Shown: piece by piece, positions 13,720 to 26,438 of the stretch
Layout of the letters: each line of letters opens with the position of its first letter
Numbering within the stretch: position 1 is the first letter of the stretch
Assembly: GCA_965153285.1 (NCBI GenBank)
Contig: OZ229122.1
DNA length: 64,000 nucleotides
Source: Podarcis tiliguerta
Lineage: Eukaryota
Strand: one strand, 5' to 3'
Notes under the pieces: model-generated
The model's database searches: none
What the model was told of the DNA's origin: nothing
The model's input: only the letters and a program-made list of their open reading frames with translations
Translations under genes and position numbers: made by a program

Positions 13720-16700
13720 CTTTTGGAAAAGAGGGTTGGGTTTCAAAACAAGGAGGTAAGAGAAAAGGAGGGTTGGGTTTCAAGAAAAAGGGGAAGGAAG
13801 GGAAGAGAGATAATACTTTGTTGAAAATCTCTGGTTCCTTCACAGAACTATACATCCCAGAGTTCCTTGGTTTGGAATCTGACCAAACACATTTACATCT
13901 ACACTGCCAATGTATCGTTTAAGACAGGGGTGGGGCAGATGGCACATCAGGATCTACTGGGAGAGCTCTAGGTGATTTGAAGTAGGTCAGCAAGCATTTT
14001 TGGCTTCCAATTGTTTAACAACCAAATAACTCCCACCCACCACCCCAGTTATTAAGAAAGCTGGAAAGAGGGCACAATAAATTGTGTGTGTGTGTGTATG
14101 TGTGTCCCCGTCCCCCCGTTCTGGTAATGAAAACAAATTTCTGACAAATTCAATTTAATTACAATGGGGTTTTTTTGTACCTGACTCTGATTGGTAGATC
14201 TTGGGGTTCTAGTAAAAACCAAAACAGATCCTGCAAGCATGACCTCTGCTCACCCCTGCTCTGAGAAATATGGTTAGGATTGCCCCATTCCCCCATGCAC
14301 ACAGTTGCTTAGAGAGACAAAGTACCACACTTTCAAATGGCACACCCAGGAATCCTGTGTGATATGGAAGAATGCTGCAGTTCATCTCTTGGGAAGTATG
14401 GTGTAGCTGTTTTGACTGGTCAAGAACCATAGCCAGTCTAACATCAAAGCACCGCTGTGAATTAAGGAAGAGCGGGAGATGGAAGAACAGCACACAATTG
14501 TAGATGAGCAGGAAGATACTGCAGAACATACTGTACTCAGTAACTTAAGCCTCACTAAACACACACACACAAACATATTATAACAAATTCAACAAAACTA
14601 TATCTGAAAGGGAAAAAAGCTTTCAAGACCATAATTTACTTCACCCCCCTTTGGCTCAAAACCATAACCATTTTTTTAAGATTACAGGAAATGATGAAAT
14701 CCAACTATTGAAAAAGCCTGTAGTGCGGTGGTTAATTGCTTGATGATGTCTAAGCCTTGCCTGCTTGATTAAAGAGGAGACTGATGGCACTTGATTGAGG
14801 AGGAGGTGCAAAGCATGGTGTTCCTGGAAACTCTGGCACTACTCTACTTTTTCTGCCCTGTCTCTGGTTTCCCATTCAAATATTGACCTTCCTCTTCCAA
14901 TCCAGCTCTCTTTCCCCCAGATGGGAACTGTTTCCATTCTGGATTCACTTCAGAGTTTTCAGAATCTAGTACAAACTGCACCAACAAACCCAGTTCCGAT
15001 TACCTGCTGCTGAAGTCCCCTTTGGCCAGCAGAGCGGAATGGCTGTCCTCCTCCTGCACCCAACCACAGTTTGACATGGCGTAATGGAGAATGGCATCTG
15101 TGACACTCAGAGAGCCCCGACCCTGGACACAAGCTTCAATCTCTGGTATAGAGAGCTGGCTCTGGAGGAAGAGGTGCAGCTGGCTATCCGAAAGGAGCAC
15201 AACATTCTGTACCACCCTTGAAAGGAAAATGGAAGGTGGTAAGTACCAAACCAAAGGGACAGCAAACTGGTAAGCCATGCTTTCTGTACAAGAGAGCCTT
15301 CCCTCGGACTTCTTCCCAGATCAAGCAGCCCTTCCTGCCCTTCTCTTCCACATAGCCAAGTCTTAGCTTTCGGCAGGCTAGCTAAAGGAGTGAGAGATAA
15401 GCCAAATGCACACAAACCTCTGCCCTACAAAAGAGAACAATCATGGGGTTCAGTGAAGGCTGCCACTGCTGTCTACCTCCAAGCATCTGCTGCTCAAAGT
15501 GACAACCTCTCAGCCTAATGGTAGGGACAGTTCTGTTCCGCCATCAAGTTAAGACTTCATGGGAGTTGTATTCCAGCAGCCTGGTCATGTTGTTCGGATG
15601 CCTGGTTATCGTCTTCCAAAGCAACTACTCTATTCCCAGCTTAAGAATGGAAAGCGTAATGAGGTTTAAACAAAAGAGGTTTAAAGACTCTCTCAAGGCA
15701 AATCTCAAAAAATGCAGTATAAACACTGACAACTGGGAAGCACTGGCCTGCGAGTGCTCCAGCTGGAGAATAGCCTCTACCAAAGGCGTCATGGACTTTG
15801 AAGAGGCACAAACTCAGGATGAAAGGGAGAAATGAGCTAAGAGGAAGGCACATTTGGCAAATCCTCACCGTGATCTACTCCCGCCCGGAAACCTATGTCC
15901 CCGCTGTGGAAGGATGTGCAGATCCAGAACTGGCCCCCACAAACAAACTGTTAAGACCATATTCATGGAAGCAGTGGCAAAGCGTGTGCCCACGCTGCCC
16001 AGGGCAGGCGCGCGGGGTGTGGAGGGCACCCTTCCATGCACCACAGGTCAGGGTAGGAGAGAGGCAGGGAAGCTGCTACCCACTCTCCTTCTGCTCTCTG
16101 CTGCTGGGTCAGGCCTGGGTCAGACGTGACCCAGCGAGAAAGCTGCTGCCGCTGAGCATGAGGTGTGCCGCAGCTGTGGAGGGTGGGTGACAGTGCTGCC
16201 ACCCACTCGCCTGCTCTCCTCCTCAGGTCAGGCCTGACCTGGGGGCGGAGCTGCGCCAGCCCCAAGCGCTGCAGCCAGGGCGCAGCTTCTGGCGCAGAGC
16301 CGGGCTCCAATGAAGGAGCCTGCTGTGGGGGTGCCCGTTTGCGCCAGTGTGGTGTAGTGGTTAAGAGTGGTAGTCACATAATCTGGGGAACCGAGTTCGT
16401 GTCTCCGCTCCTCCACATGCAGCTGCTGGGTGACCTTGGGCTAGTCACACATCTTTGAAGTCTCTCAGCCCCACTCACCTCACAGAGTGTTTGTTGTGGG
16501 GGAGGAAGGGAAAGGAGATTGTTAGCCGCTTTGAGACTCCTGAAGGGGAGTGAAAGGCGGGATATCAAATCCAAACTCTTCTTCTTCTCTCAAAACTGCA
16601 CCCAGGGCCATGGCACCCACTGCACTCTCCACGCTATGCCTTTGCATGGAAGACAATCTTGGCTATGAGTGATCCCACAGTACAGTACAGTTTAGTACAG

Positions 16701-19700
16701 TACAGCAGGGCTATAGGTTCCCCAACCTGATCTAACCCATTAGTACTTTAAAACATGTTGGAAGTCACTTTGGGTATCATGGCAGGTGTTTTTTTAAGTG
16801 GAAAGGTAAGGTATAACTATTCTTAAAAAATAAATAGATATAATGTTTCTCAAACTGTTATTCCCAACAAATTGCTTGAGACACCTGGAGAATACTCAGG
16901 TTGAATGATTACATCTGCACACCATCTTTGTAGAGGCCAGGAGAAATACAACACATAACTGCTCTGTTGTATTTTCTACATACTGAAAGACAGCACCACA
17001 GAGCTGGCATGTCGAACTCTCCAAGTTTTAAAGGGCCATGAGATATACAGGAAGTTGCCTTATACCAAGTCCGACCAATGGTTCAGTACTGTCCACTGAC
17101 AATGGCTCTCCTGCGTTCAGGTAGGAGTCTTTCCCAGGCCGACCTGGAAATAACAGGATCTGAATCTAAGACCTGCTGCATGTGAAGCATGTACTCAACC
17201 ACTGAGCAGTTACACTGCCCCTGACAGCAAAATAGAGCACCTTCCTTGCAGTGGGGATCAGCCAAGTGGAGGAAGGGAGGTGTTGCCCTCCCTCTGCTCA
17301 CTCTGGGCTAACTGCTGCTCACTCCAACTACATTTCTAAGTCAGTCTCCACAAGTGAGAGCCAAGATAGCAAAGTGAATGTATTGGACTAGGAGAAGACC
17401 TTCCACCATAAAATCCTCTGGGTAACCCTAGGCCAAGGCACTCGTCTTTCTCTGGCCTAGGCTACCTTACAGGAAGCTTTCAAAGATAAAGCAGGGTGAC
17501 CCCATCTTACACCCAAAGCTTCTTAACAGGAGGACAGCATAAGAATTAAAGAAGAAGTGCAACTGAAGCTAAACGCACTTATCCCAGGCCAGAAGGGGGA
17601 AAGAAAGGGGCAGATTATGGGGAATGGAACACATTAATGTAACTGTTCAAGGGAACGTTCTTTCTAATGGAGAAGCCCAACATATACCCACATTTCTGCC
17701 AAATGTATGACAGCATCCAAGCTCATAACTCTGCCCTCCCCCACCTTCGTTCCTGCATTCTACTCACTTCTCCAGGAACTGCTGAAGCCCTTGCCTCCGC
17801 TTCTCAATGAATTCATCAGTGCTGCCTGCAAAGAAGGTGGACTTCCCTGGAAGTTCTGGGACAGGCCTGAAAGATTGGGGAGGGGGCGTAAGAATGAAGA
17901 CACTCCTGTCAAGTTGCGTGCACATTAACAGGAAAAGAGATGCTTCCAGTCTCCAAGAGCTTGTTGTGCACTATTGAAAAGGGATCCCCTCTGGAAACTA
18001 CTAGTTCTATCAGCTACCTCCTGCATTTTGCTCTTGTCAGGAATGAAAATGACTTCCAGCAAACTCTCACACGACTCCTTTGATTTTGGCAATGAAACTG
18101 GCAAAAGCACATAGTGAGATGCACATCTTCCACAAGCTTGACAGGAGCTGTTATCGCATGACGGGTCCCCTTACAAAAAACTCAGCATTTCTGCAAGGTG
18201 AAGCTGATGTCTTTGAATGGTCCTCAGCACTAAATTATCAGGCTGGATTTACAGAAAATTTATGTAGGTTCCAGGATGCTAGATCAGTATCAGAGCTGGG
18301 CTAACCTGCAAGTTAATAGATGTAACATGAACTCTGCAAAATGTAAATTGCAAGCCTCTTCTAAGTTCTAACAAAAGAAATCAACATATAAAGCAGCCTT
18401 ATTCAGGGTAGATATTGCTCCTTCTTGCCAGTAACATCTCTGACTGGCAGCAGCTCTCCAAAGGTGTCAGGCAGGGGATCCTTTCCCCAGCACTGTTACT
18501 CCAGATCACTTTTAACTTAAGACGTCAGGGAATGAACATGAGATCCTCTGCATGCAAAGCATGTGCTCTCCCAATGAGCCGCTCTTCATTAGGCACATTT
18601 TAAAGGCTTCCATTCAAACAAATGCATTTAGAAACCTCAACTAGTTTTATTTTCAACAGAGCTATATTGGGGCATAGGCCCTGCCTATCCTGGTGACGTT
18701 TTTCATAGGGTTAGCAAACAGGGCCTTTGTGGGTACAGCGGACTCTGAAAAGATTGCCATTTCACACTTACACCAAGCCGGCATTTTTCTGCAGCCGTTT
18801 CTTCAGCCACACGAACTCACGGTACCGTCTGCGTACACAGGATGTCTTGGCTGTAAAGGCTTTGCTGTTGGTCTGCATAATGAGAGGAGAGAGTGTTGCT
18901 CTGAGATTTCCCCACCACCACACACACACACACACACACTTTCATTTTCTTATCTCAGCCTCTTTTTCCAAGCTGTCTCCCTCTGCTGGCCATTTTGTTA
19001 AAGCAGCACTAGCATTATAGACACTTTTTGCCATGAGAACTGGAGATGCAAACTTGTAATCATTACGATGACTAAACTAAAGCTTTCATTGACCAACAGG
19101 TAAGGCTGTGTCAGCAAAGAGCATGCTTGCCATTTGATTTTTTTTTTTTTTTTGTATTAAAAGAATGGCCCTTTTCTCTTTAGTGCCCTTTAACTATTAG
19201 CAACAGACTTGTTTGTCTTACATTTCCTTCTGCCTCTCAGAGAGGTATCTACAATTGAGGCCTCGGAAATGTGACTATTATTATTATTATTATTATTATT
19301 ACTTGATCAGCCAAGGCAGGCAGTGGGATGAGAGCCCAAAGAAAAATTGTCTTAGGGGAAATCAGACCAAAGATTCATCTAGCCTAGCAGTTGTCAGTCA
19401 GATGCTGCAGGAAAAGGTAACATGAAGGGTCTGTTGTGCTAGCCATCCCCTATTTATCTGCATGATCTGGTGGTCCAGCCTCTAAACCAGCAGGCAAGGT
19501 CCCCAAGATAGTTTGACTCCCAGCCATCCTCCACATAATCCTCTAATCCAGAGATGGCTAGCTTCTGTTTTCTCAGAGGTCACTCTGTTATAGCATAAGG
19601 ACCAGCACAATCCCTGGATTAGGGTTGTAGCTTAGTGGCAGAACATCTTCTTTCTACATAGAAGGTTTGAGATTCAATCCAAGCAGAGGCAGGGAGAACC

Positions 19701-20381
19701 CTGTCTGAAACCTTGGAAGGCTGCTGCTGCATGCCAATGGAGACAATAGTGAGCTGTGTGGACCAATATAAGGTGCCAATGGAGAGTACCCATGACTCCT
19801 AGAAGTCTCTTTCAGACTTCTTTGCACTGCAGCCTGGAGAAGGGAAGAAGCAGCAAGATTTTCTCCTGCTCTTTCTTTCATTCTCCGAACTCCATCACAA
19901 GCAAGAGAAAATGTATCTTTCTTCCCTCTGTGCCTGCTAATGAGCTCTCTTGGCATCTTGTCTCACTTGTGCATAGCTTTGGAAAAGGTAAGAAACAAAT
20001 AGCAGGAGAATTCCTGCTGTCTCTTGCCTTCTGCCTGCCCGCGATGCAAAGTTGACTTCTCTTCCAAATTCTGTGCAGTTGCCAGAGGGACTGGAATACA
20101 GGCCGTTTACTCTCACTTACGCAGCAGTTTGAAGAAGTAGCAGAGGTGGCCATTTCAGCACCAGGCAAAGAAGGCTTTGTTAGAAGAAGAATTTGTTCTA
20201 CAAATGTTTTCTACATGAGATGACAAGCCATATTTCCAGTCACTTTAGCTGCTGCTCTTTGGACCCCTTCCAGCTCCAGCTTTGCCATACTTACATGGAG
20301 GAATATTTTGTAGTCCACATAAGAGTTCCAGGAGCCCTCGTTCTGGACACGAGGATCTTGGACACGCACAGTGGTCAGCTC
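13587..20381 (-). CDS. SNX11: Sorting nexin-11 (PX domain), multi-exon: join(20295-20381,18772-18872,17768-17866,15004-15216,13587-13719); N-terminal coding exon not located
   Basis: Spliced translation [130 protein letters not shown] matches vertebrate SNX11. All junctions are GT-AG with compatible phases. Synteny with CBX1. Confidence 0.95.
15004..15216 (-). CDS. SNX11: SNX11 coding exon (extended PX helices), 213 nt
   Basis: tttcaag|GGTGGTA...AGCAG|gtaatc; [56 protein letters not shown]. Confidence 0.95.
15972..16644. mobile_element. Non-autonomous hAT element with perfect 8-bp TSD CATGGAAG
   Basis: TSD at 15964-15971 and 16645-16652; TIR CAGTGGCAAAGCGTG / CACGCTATGCCTTTG. Confidence 0.85.
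16343..16590 (+). mobile_element. Squam3-like tRNA-derived SINE with (TCT)n tail
   Basis: tRNA-like head gtggtgtagtggttaagagt; highly similar inverted copy at 21017-21267. Confidence 0.85.
17048..17215 (-). mobile_element. tRNA-derived SINE with CR1-like tail
   Basis: Minus strand gctcagtggttgagtacatgcttcacatgcagcagg...tataaggcaacttcct. Confidence 0.7.
17768..17866 (-). CDS. SNX11: SNX11 coding exon (PX proline loop), 99 nt
   Basis: tttcag|GCCTGTC...GAGAA|gtgagt; [33 protein letters not shown]. Confidence 0.96.
18390..18580 (-). mobile_element. tRNA-derived SINE, degenerate
   Basis: Minus strand ggctcattgggagagcacatgctttgcatgcagagg...gagagctgctgccagtcag...ataaggctgctt. Confidence 0.6.
18772..18872 (-). 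CDS. SNX11: SNX11 coding exon (PX RRY motif), 101 nt
   Basis: atgcag|ACCAAC...TTGGT|gtaagt; [34 protein letters not shown]. Confidence 0.96.
19276..19301. repeat. (TAT)n microsatellite
   Basis: Direct observation. Confidence 0.9.
19622..19775 (+). mobile_element. tRNA-derived SINE, degenerate
   Basis: gggttgtagcttagtggcagaacatc...ctgaaaccttggaaggctgctgc...gacaatagtgagct. Confidence 0.6.
20295..20381 (-). CDS. SNX11: SNX11 coding exon (start of PX domain), 87 nt
   Basis: cccag|GAGCTG...CTCCAT|gtaagt; [29 protein letters not shown]. Confidence 0.96.
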
Positions 20382-21016
20382 CTGGGCATGAGGATACGGG
20401 GGAAACACAGTCAAAAGTCTCCAATCCCAATACTCGCCCCCACGGCCTCCCATCCCATACCTTAAGAGGAATAATGACTCCTAGCCTGAAGAACACCATC
20501 AACAAACAGAAACTCTTTAAGCAGATAGAAAAAAAGCCTTGCTAGATCACACCAAAAGTACATCTACTTCAGCACCATTTTTCAATGATGGCCAACCAGA
20601 GGCACCCAGGAAGTTGAAAAGCACAGGATGGAAGCAACCACATTCCTTTCTTTGTTGCCAGCAACTGATATTGTCTTGAAACATGAGGGTAAGAATACCT
20701 TCAAGTACCAGGTGCTGGGGATGAAGGCTAATAGCTGATAAAAGACCTATCCTCCCAATTCTGCCCTCTTTTTATGCCCTGTAAACGAGTACTCTTTATA
20801 GGAAGAGATTTCCTTGTATCCATTATTAAGCTGCTAACAACTGCCCCTCCAAACAACAATGGTGTTTGGATGTACAGAACTCTATTATGTTCTCCCTTCA
20901 TTTTCCAATAGGTAGATTCTATGGTATATAAGCTTCTGTCCCACTTATTCTGAAAGGAGTGGAGGGGCTGGTTGAATTCGAATCCACAATCTTATTGAGA
21001 AAGAAAGAAAGAAAGA

Positions 21017-21267
21017 TGAAGAAGAAGAGTTTTGGACTTGATATCCCACCTTTCACTCCCCTTAAGGAGTCTCAAAGCAGCTAACATTCCCCTTTCCCTT
21101 CCTCCCCCACAACAAACACTCTGTGAGGTGAGTGGGGATGAGAGACTTCAAAGAAGTGTGACTGGCCCAAGGTCACCCAGCAGCTGCATGTGGAGGAGCG
21201 GGGATGTGAACTCAGTTCACCATATTACAAGTCCACTGCTCTTAACCACTATACCATGCTGGCTCTC
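21017..21267 (-). mobile_element. Squam3-like SINE inserted in a (GAAA)n tract
   Basis: Reverse-complement match to 16343-16590; the two copies give near-identical translated ORFs (MDLIS.LSLP.RSLKAAN...). Confidence 0.85.

Positions 21268-21320
<53 letters not shown>
21268..21320. repeat. (GAAA)n microsatellite
   Basis: Direct observation. Confidence 0.95.
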
Positions 21321-21321
<1 letters not shown>

Positions 21322-21475
21322 GTCCTCCAGCTCACCAAACCGCACAGCCTGAGCAAATAATGAAAGGCACAGCCCCCTCCATTGTTGGCATATGGGAGCA
21401 TGAGTTGAATCCTTGGGGCAATCAGAGGGAAATCACGGTGACTAAGCAACTGTGTACCACACTAGCAGATTTTTT

Positions 21476-21675
21476 NNNNNNNNNNNNNNNNNNNNNNNNN
21501 NNNNNNNNNNNNNNNNNNNNNNNNNNNNNNNNNNNNNNNNNNNNNNNNNNNNNNNNNNNNNNNNNNNNNNNNNNNNNNNNNNNNNNNNNNNNNNNNNNNN
21601 NNNNNNNNNNNNNNNNNNNNNNNNNNNNNNNNNNNNNNNNNNNNNNNNNNNNNNNNNNNNNNNNNNNNNNNNNNN
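21476..21675. other. Assembly gap (200 N)
   Basis: Run of N. Confidence 1.
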
Positions 21676-23779
21676 AATCCATTAAGCACACACAGGAGGT
21701 TACCCCTGCCCTCAGTTCTGCCCAGTGACGTATTTTACAGCGGTTTTGAGAGAGTAACAATCCAAGTATTGGAAACACTTTACTACTCCAAAGCACAACC
21801 GTATTCAGCATTCCGTTGCTGGTAAAACCATGGCTAGTTTTTCACACAGCAGTGGCATCACCTGGAATCACCTTCCTTGTGGGAAGATAACATGATAAAT
21901 GCCAACTCTATTAGACCTTGTAGAAATGTAGATATCTTGGGAAATGGCGGGCAAGATGCCCTTAGCAAACCCCCTTCCTCCTCGCTGCTGTGACCACTGC
22001 CCATTTGCTAGCTCTCTCCCTCTGGACCCAATCCATACAGCTTCCCAGAAGGAGATGGCAAGAGGAGCAGAGGAGGGTAGTGCTGCTACTGCTTTTGCAG
22101 CTCAGTTGCTTACAGTGAAAAGGCCGAGATAGCAGAGGGGTTGGTAGTGACCCTTGGTTGAGGCATGGATCTCAGCAAATGCCTGAAATTACCAACCTTA
22201 AATACTGGCCCTCCATAGACACAATTTTCAGTAACCAAAGTAATGCAGGACTTTGGCAACTGAGAGGGGGAATACTGCATTATATTTACATGTAGGATGG
22301 GGAGCTGGAAAGACTTGCTAAAAAGGAATCATTATTCTCCCTTTCTATTGGGCAAGAGTGGGTAATTTAAACAAACCACCAGTATCAGTTAGACTAATCT
22401 GGCTTGCTATGGTTTCTGTAGCACTTACATTGACTTGCAAAACACTCTACAACCCTTATCTGATTCTCACAACAGCCTTGTCAATTGGACAGCATTGATT
22501 CCATTTCCATCTCCAAAGATTCCCCAATCTGCTCTTAAAAATGCCATTAGGAGGGATATTGTGATGGACATGAATGTCAAGTATACTGAATGTTTGAAGT
22601 CTTTAAAGTACATACTAGGAAACTCATTTGTATTTTTTTGCTGCAAGAGGCTATCTGGAAGTTGTTTTACCTCAGGGTGGCAAACACATTCACCCCCTTT
22701 CCATTGAACAGGTTCCAAGTCCTCCAGAATTTAGGAACGGATCTGCAACCAAAGTTGAGGAACTAGAAATATTCACGGGGCTGGATTTGAAAAACCTACA
22801 AAATCGAAACAAAAGGAGCTCTGAGGATCACAGGAAAAATGAGTATGATTTAGGTCTTAATTCAGCTATGACTCAAAAAGATTCAATCCTGGAACCTGGG
22901 GAATAGTGTGTCTGAGCACATGCAGAATGTTTCCACCCCCACCTCTGACTAGCCACTGTCACTGCCAAGCCACAGTTATTATTCCCTGCCCTCCTGTGGT
23001 GCAATGGGTCAGTGTGTTTGGCTGTTGGTGGTTTGGGCCTACTACCCAGTGAAGTGCCAACTTGTATGGCAGTGAAAGCAGGGCCACATAGAGGGAAGAA
23101 CAGAGTAGGGACACGGCAAGTATGCAGAAAATAGGGAGAGAGAGAAAGTCCAAAAATGGAAAGACCAAGGGAAGGGAAGAACAAGCCCTCAAGTGTCAAT
23201 GTCACCTATGAATATCATCAGCAGGAAAGGGTAAACAATTGAGAAAACACACACACAGAGAGACAGACAGACAGTGTTTGGGGCTATGGCAGCCACCCCT
23301 GAACCTTCTGATAACACTATCCCAGCACTGTATCCCAGGACAGTCTGGGATGGGAACCGAACTTAGGCATTGCACTTCCGTTTTACTGCTCAAAAAAACT
23401 GCATACACATGCATATACTTCTTCCTCTTTTTGAACAGCAAGCTAAGTGCCAATACAAGTCCTCAAATCTGTTTATATGTGTTTTTTGCTCACTCCAGTA
23501 TCTTGGAAACAAAAGTTCAGTATGTAAATAACCTTTTAAAATTATTATTCAGGACCTGCCTCAGCAGCCCTTCCCTTTACCAGGGCTTAGCCTCAGATTC
23601 CATTCCCAGTCTTGCGGAAAAATGCAAGAATTCTAGCATGTGCATGATTCCAGGTCAGGGATCATTGCTTTCAAATAGGCTACAGTCCAAACACTCCCCT
23701 CTCTCTGTTCCTGGCCCACACATCTTTGACCTTTAACATCATACATAATCCCAATTTATTCCTATCAGGAATGTCTGGT

Positions 23780-23855
23780 AGTGGGTTTTCTGCATTGGGG
23801 GTGGGGGGTTGGACTAGATGACCTTTGAGGTGCCTTTCCAACTTTGTGATTTGGT
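23780..23855 (+). mobile_element. CR1 LINE 3'-end fragment (another near 7070-7130)
   Basis: ggggttggactagatgacctttgaggtgcctttccaact is the CR1 3' terminus motif. Confidence 0.65.
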
Positions 23856-24999
23856 TACTACTAGAGAAAGCAGGTGCCATCAAGGCAATACCAGACCTCC
23901 CACAGGCAGGCAGTAACATGGGGATTAACAGCACTGACTCAGCTTCATCACTAACCCTTATAACAACCCCTTTAACGCTGCAGGTGCTCTGCATCCTGGA
24001 TGCGCTACATAAGTACCAAGCATTAGTGTTATCCCATGCTGCAATCCTCAGCTACTAGAAGATAAAAGAAGAGCCTAATTGAGCCTGGTGCCTGCTGACT
24101 AGTCCAAGTAGAGATATAAACCCTGCCTGCTTTTCTGCTGGGTGTCAAAATCCTCACTTCAGTTGTCTCAAGTTAGTAGCTACTCAGAATCTCTTACCAT
24201 TAGTAGTGTTAGCTTTAAAAATAAATGAGCAGGATCAGTATTTTCTGGGGAGAAAATGTTGCATCCCCATGCCACTTTCCCCACAGACTTGACCCAAGAA
24301 GCACTTTCCTCCTGCTTCCTCCAATAATAGGTCTTCTCAGACCCTACACCACAAGCAGGCAGGAGGAGGAAGGGCACAGGGGAAGTGGTGAAGGGGCAGG
24401 TCTAGTATGTTCCAGTGTGTTTCAGTACATCTGGTTTGCACACAGTGCTTAGGAGAAGGGTGGGTGTGTGTAAGTAACACAAGTACTTTGCTAGTTTACA
24501 GACAGGCAAGGGGAAACCATGCAGAAGTTATGAAATGCCAACAGACCTATAACAGTAACAGGGAGGGACGGGTGTCTCAGGAAATAACTTGAGGGGGTGG
24601 TGTCCAATGCTAACCTTACTCAAGGCCCATGGAAACCAATGCTACACTTTTGAATTCTCTACCTAGTGGCATCAGGCAGGCTCTTGTGTTCCACTATGTT
24701 TGTGAGTGCTTTGAGCGGTATTTAGTTTATTACCGTTTCTATTTTTATATTAGTTGTTTTTCCCCTCTTTGTAAGCCACTTCGAGGCTAGTGGGGGTATG
24801 AAATAAATTTTATGAAATAAGTAATAGACATAAGTAACTTAAGTTTCAACGGGTAGCCGCTGAGCACGGCCCAAGATCTCCAGCCCTCTTAAGCTTACAT
24901 CGGAAATTTACCAGGTGCTTAATTCAAAATTCAAGTATCCCGACTGGCGGCAATCGTCCATGATCTAAAACAGATGCGTTTCCTAGCCCCGCTACTCTC

Positions 25000-25800
25000 A
25001 AGATCCTTACAGCTTGATCTGCCTATTTCTTTCAGTCCGCTTATACCACCTTCCTCCCATAATGGAGCTGCAGGCAGTAGACACGGGATTCCGCCTGACC
25101 AGCCCCGACCTGCCTAGATGCATCGCGCGCCCTCGGGGGGCAACAGGACCGTCTGCCAGCAAAGCGCCCTGCCTGGCCGAGGTATGCTTGTCCTCCCGAC
25201 TCTTCGCTGCTGCTTTACGCCACAGTCCTCCTCCCGACACCCCTGTCCACGCCAACATGCAGTCTTGTTTCTGTGCTTAACAGGCACCCCCGTTTTCACG
25301 CCCAGCCCATGCACACGATCCCAGCACCAGCCTAGGCGACCTACGACCACCACCCGCGCCCCTCCTTTCTGCAATCGTTGCTCTGTACTTCCTTCATCGT
25401 GCCGAAGTCCTCTCCGTTAATTCCCCCCCCCCCCATGGCTCACTTCCAACCCTCCCTCCTCGCTTACTGAACACTGCACGCTCTTTTTAAAATAAAATGT
25501 TTAAAAAGGGCGCGGTTCTGGTGCCTCCTCGTCTTTCACACCTTCTATCCAGCTGCACCCCGCTTTCCGCTTACTGTCTTGTTTTGTTTTCTTGCAACGA
25601 CCCGCCTAAGCTGCTGTTGTTGCCGCGGCCCCTTTAAGAATGTCCGAGCCCGAGCGCTTCAGCTTTAAAAGGGGGGGTGGGATTTTCTTTCCCACGTGAT
25701 CAGTTTTTCTCGGCTGCGTGAGCCGTGCTGGCTGATGGGAAATGCAGTTTCGAACCGCAGCAAGAATTAATAGCCCGAAAGGACGATATTTCAGCTGTGC
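25000..25800 (-). promoter_or_regulatory. SNX11: SNX11 CpG-rich promoter and probable non-coding exon 1 (donor ACA|gtaagc, exon end 25575)
   Basis: Local CpG enrichment upstream of the SNX11 exons; minus-strand donor at 25574-25573; E-box CACGTG at 25693-25698. Confidence 0.7.
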
Positions 25801-25909
25801 GTTTTGCTTAAAGACTGTGGTTTGCAATTTGCGTCCTGTATAAACGTTTCCTCCGGATTAATTCATCCCAAACAAATGTTAACTGCATGTTCTGATCGGT
25901 ACCTTATTG

Positions 25910-26190
25910 CATAGCACTATCTTAAGCATGCTTACTCGAAAGTAAGTCCCGTTAGCACTTATAGGATTGTCGGAGGGAGGGTTGTCTTGAAGAAGTTTTA
26001 TTTAGAGTAGACCCATTGAAATTAATGACTTGGGGTTAATCATGTCTACTCTGAGTAGGATTAGCATTGGATACAGCCCTCAGTTTCCTTTTAACTGACT
26101 TTTGCAACACAAGCCTATGTATGTCTACTCAGAAGTAAGTCCTACTGTGTTCAATGGGCCTTCCTCCCTGTATGGGAATGCAGCCTTAAA
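25910..26190. repeat. Cluster of three short, degenerate palindromic interspersed repeats
   Basis: Shared core tctactcagaagtaagtcc...ttcaatggg; related copies at about 29470-29520, 52555-52625 and flanking the Sauria SINE. Confidence 0.55.
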
Positions 26191-26438
26191 CATAATTAAG
26201 GTGGTACAGTTATGCTGCAGTCTTTTGCGCTTACATAGTTCAAATTGCTTCTGAATAAACATGCATATGGTCAGTCTATTAGAATTCATTCATCACATGA
26301 ATAGACACAGTTTGTGCTGGGGAAGAGACTGGATCCATTAGGCAGGGGAAAGGCTAGGCTGGAATTATTCTCCCTGTGATTCTAACACTTCCTAGGGAAG
26401 CGTTCAAACTTTTCAATTCCCTCTAGCACACGTGTATA

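Larger units (their letters stand above)
15580..16680 (+). mobile_element. RTE-clade LINE 3' fragment, interrupted by a hAT MITE
   Basis: Frameshifted [25 protein letters not shown] / [25 protein letters not shown] / [13 protein letters not shown], typical of the RTE ORF C-terminus. Confidence 0.8.

Noticed and set aside
16343-16420. tRNA-like heads here and at 2001, 17150, 19622 and 53870
   Set aside because: These are SINE 5' regions continuing into SINE bodies; no complete cloverleaf.
21360-21811. ORFs containing X runs
   Set aside because: Artefacts of the N gap.
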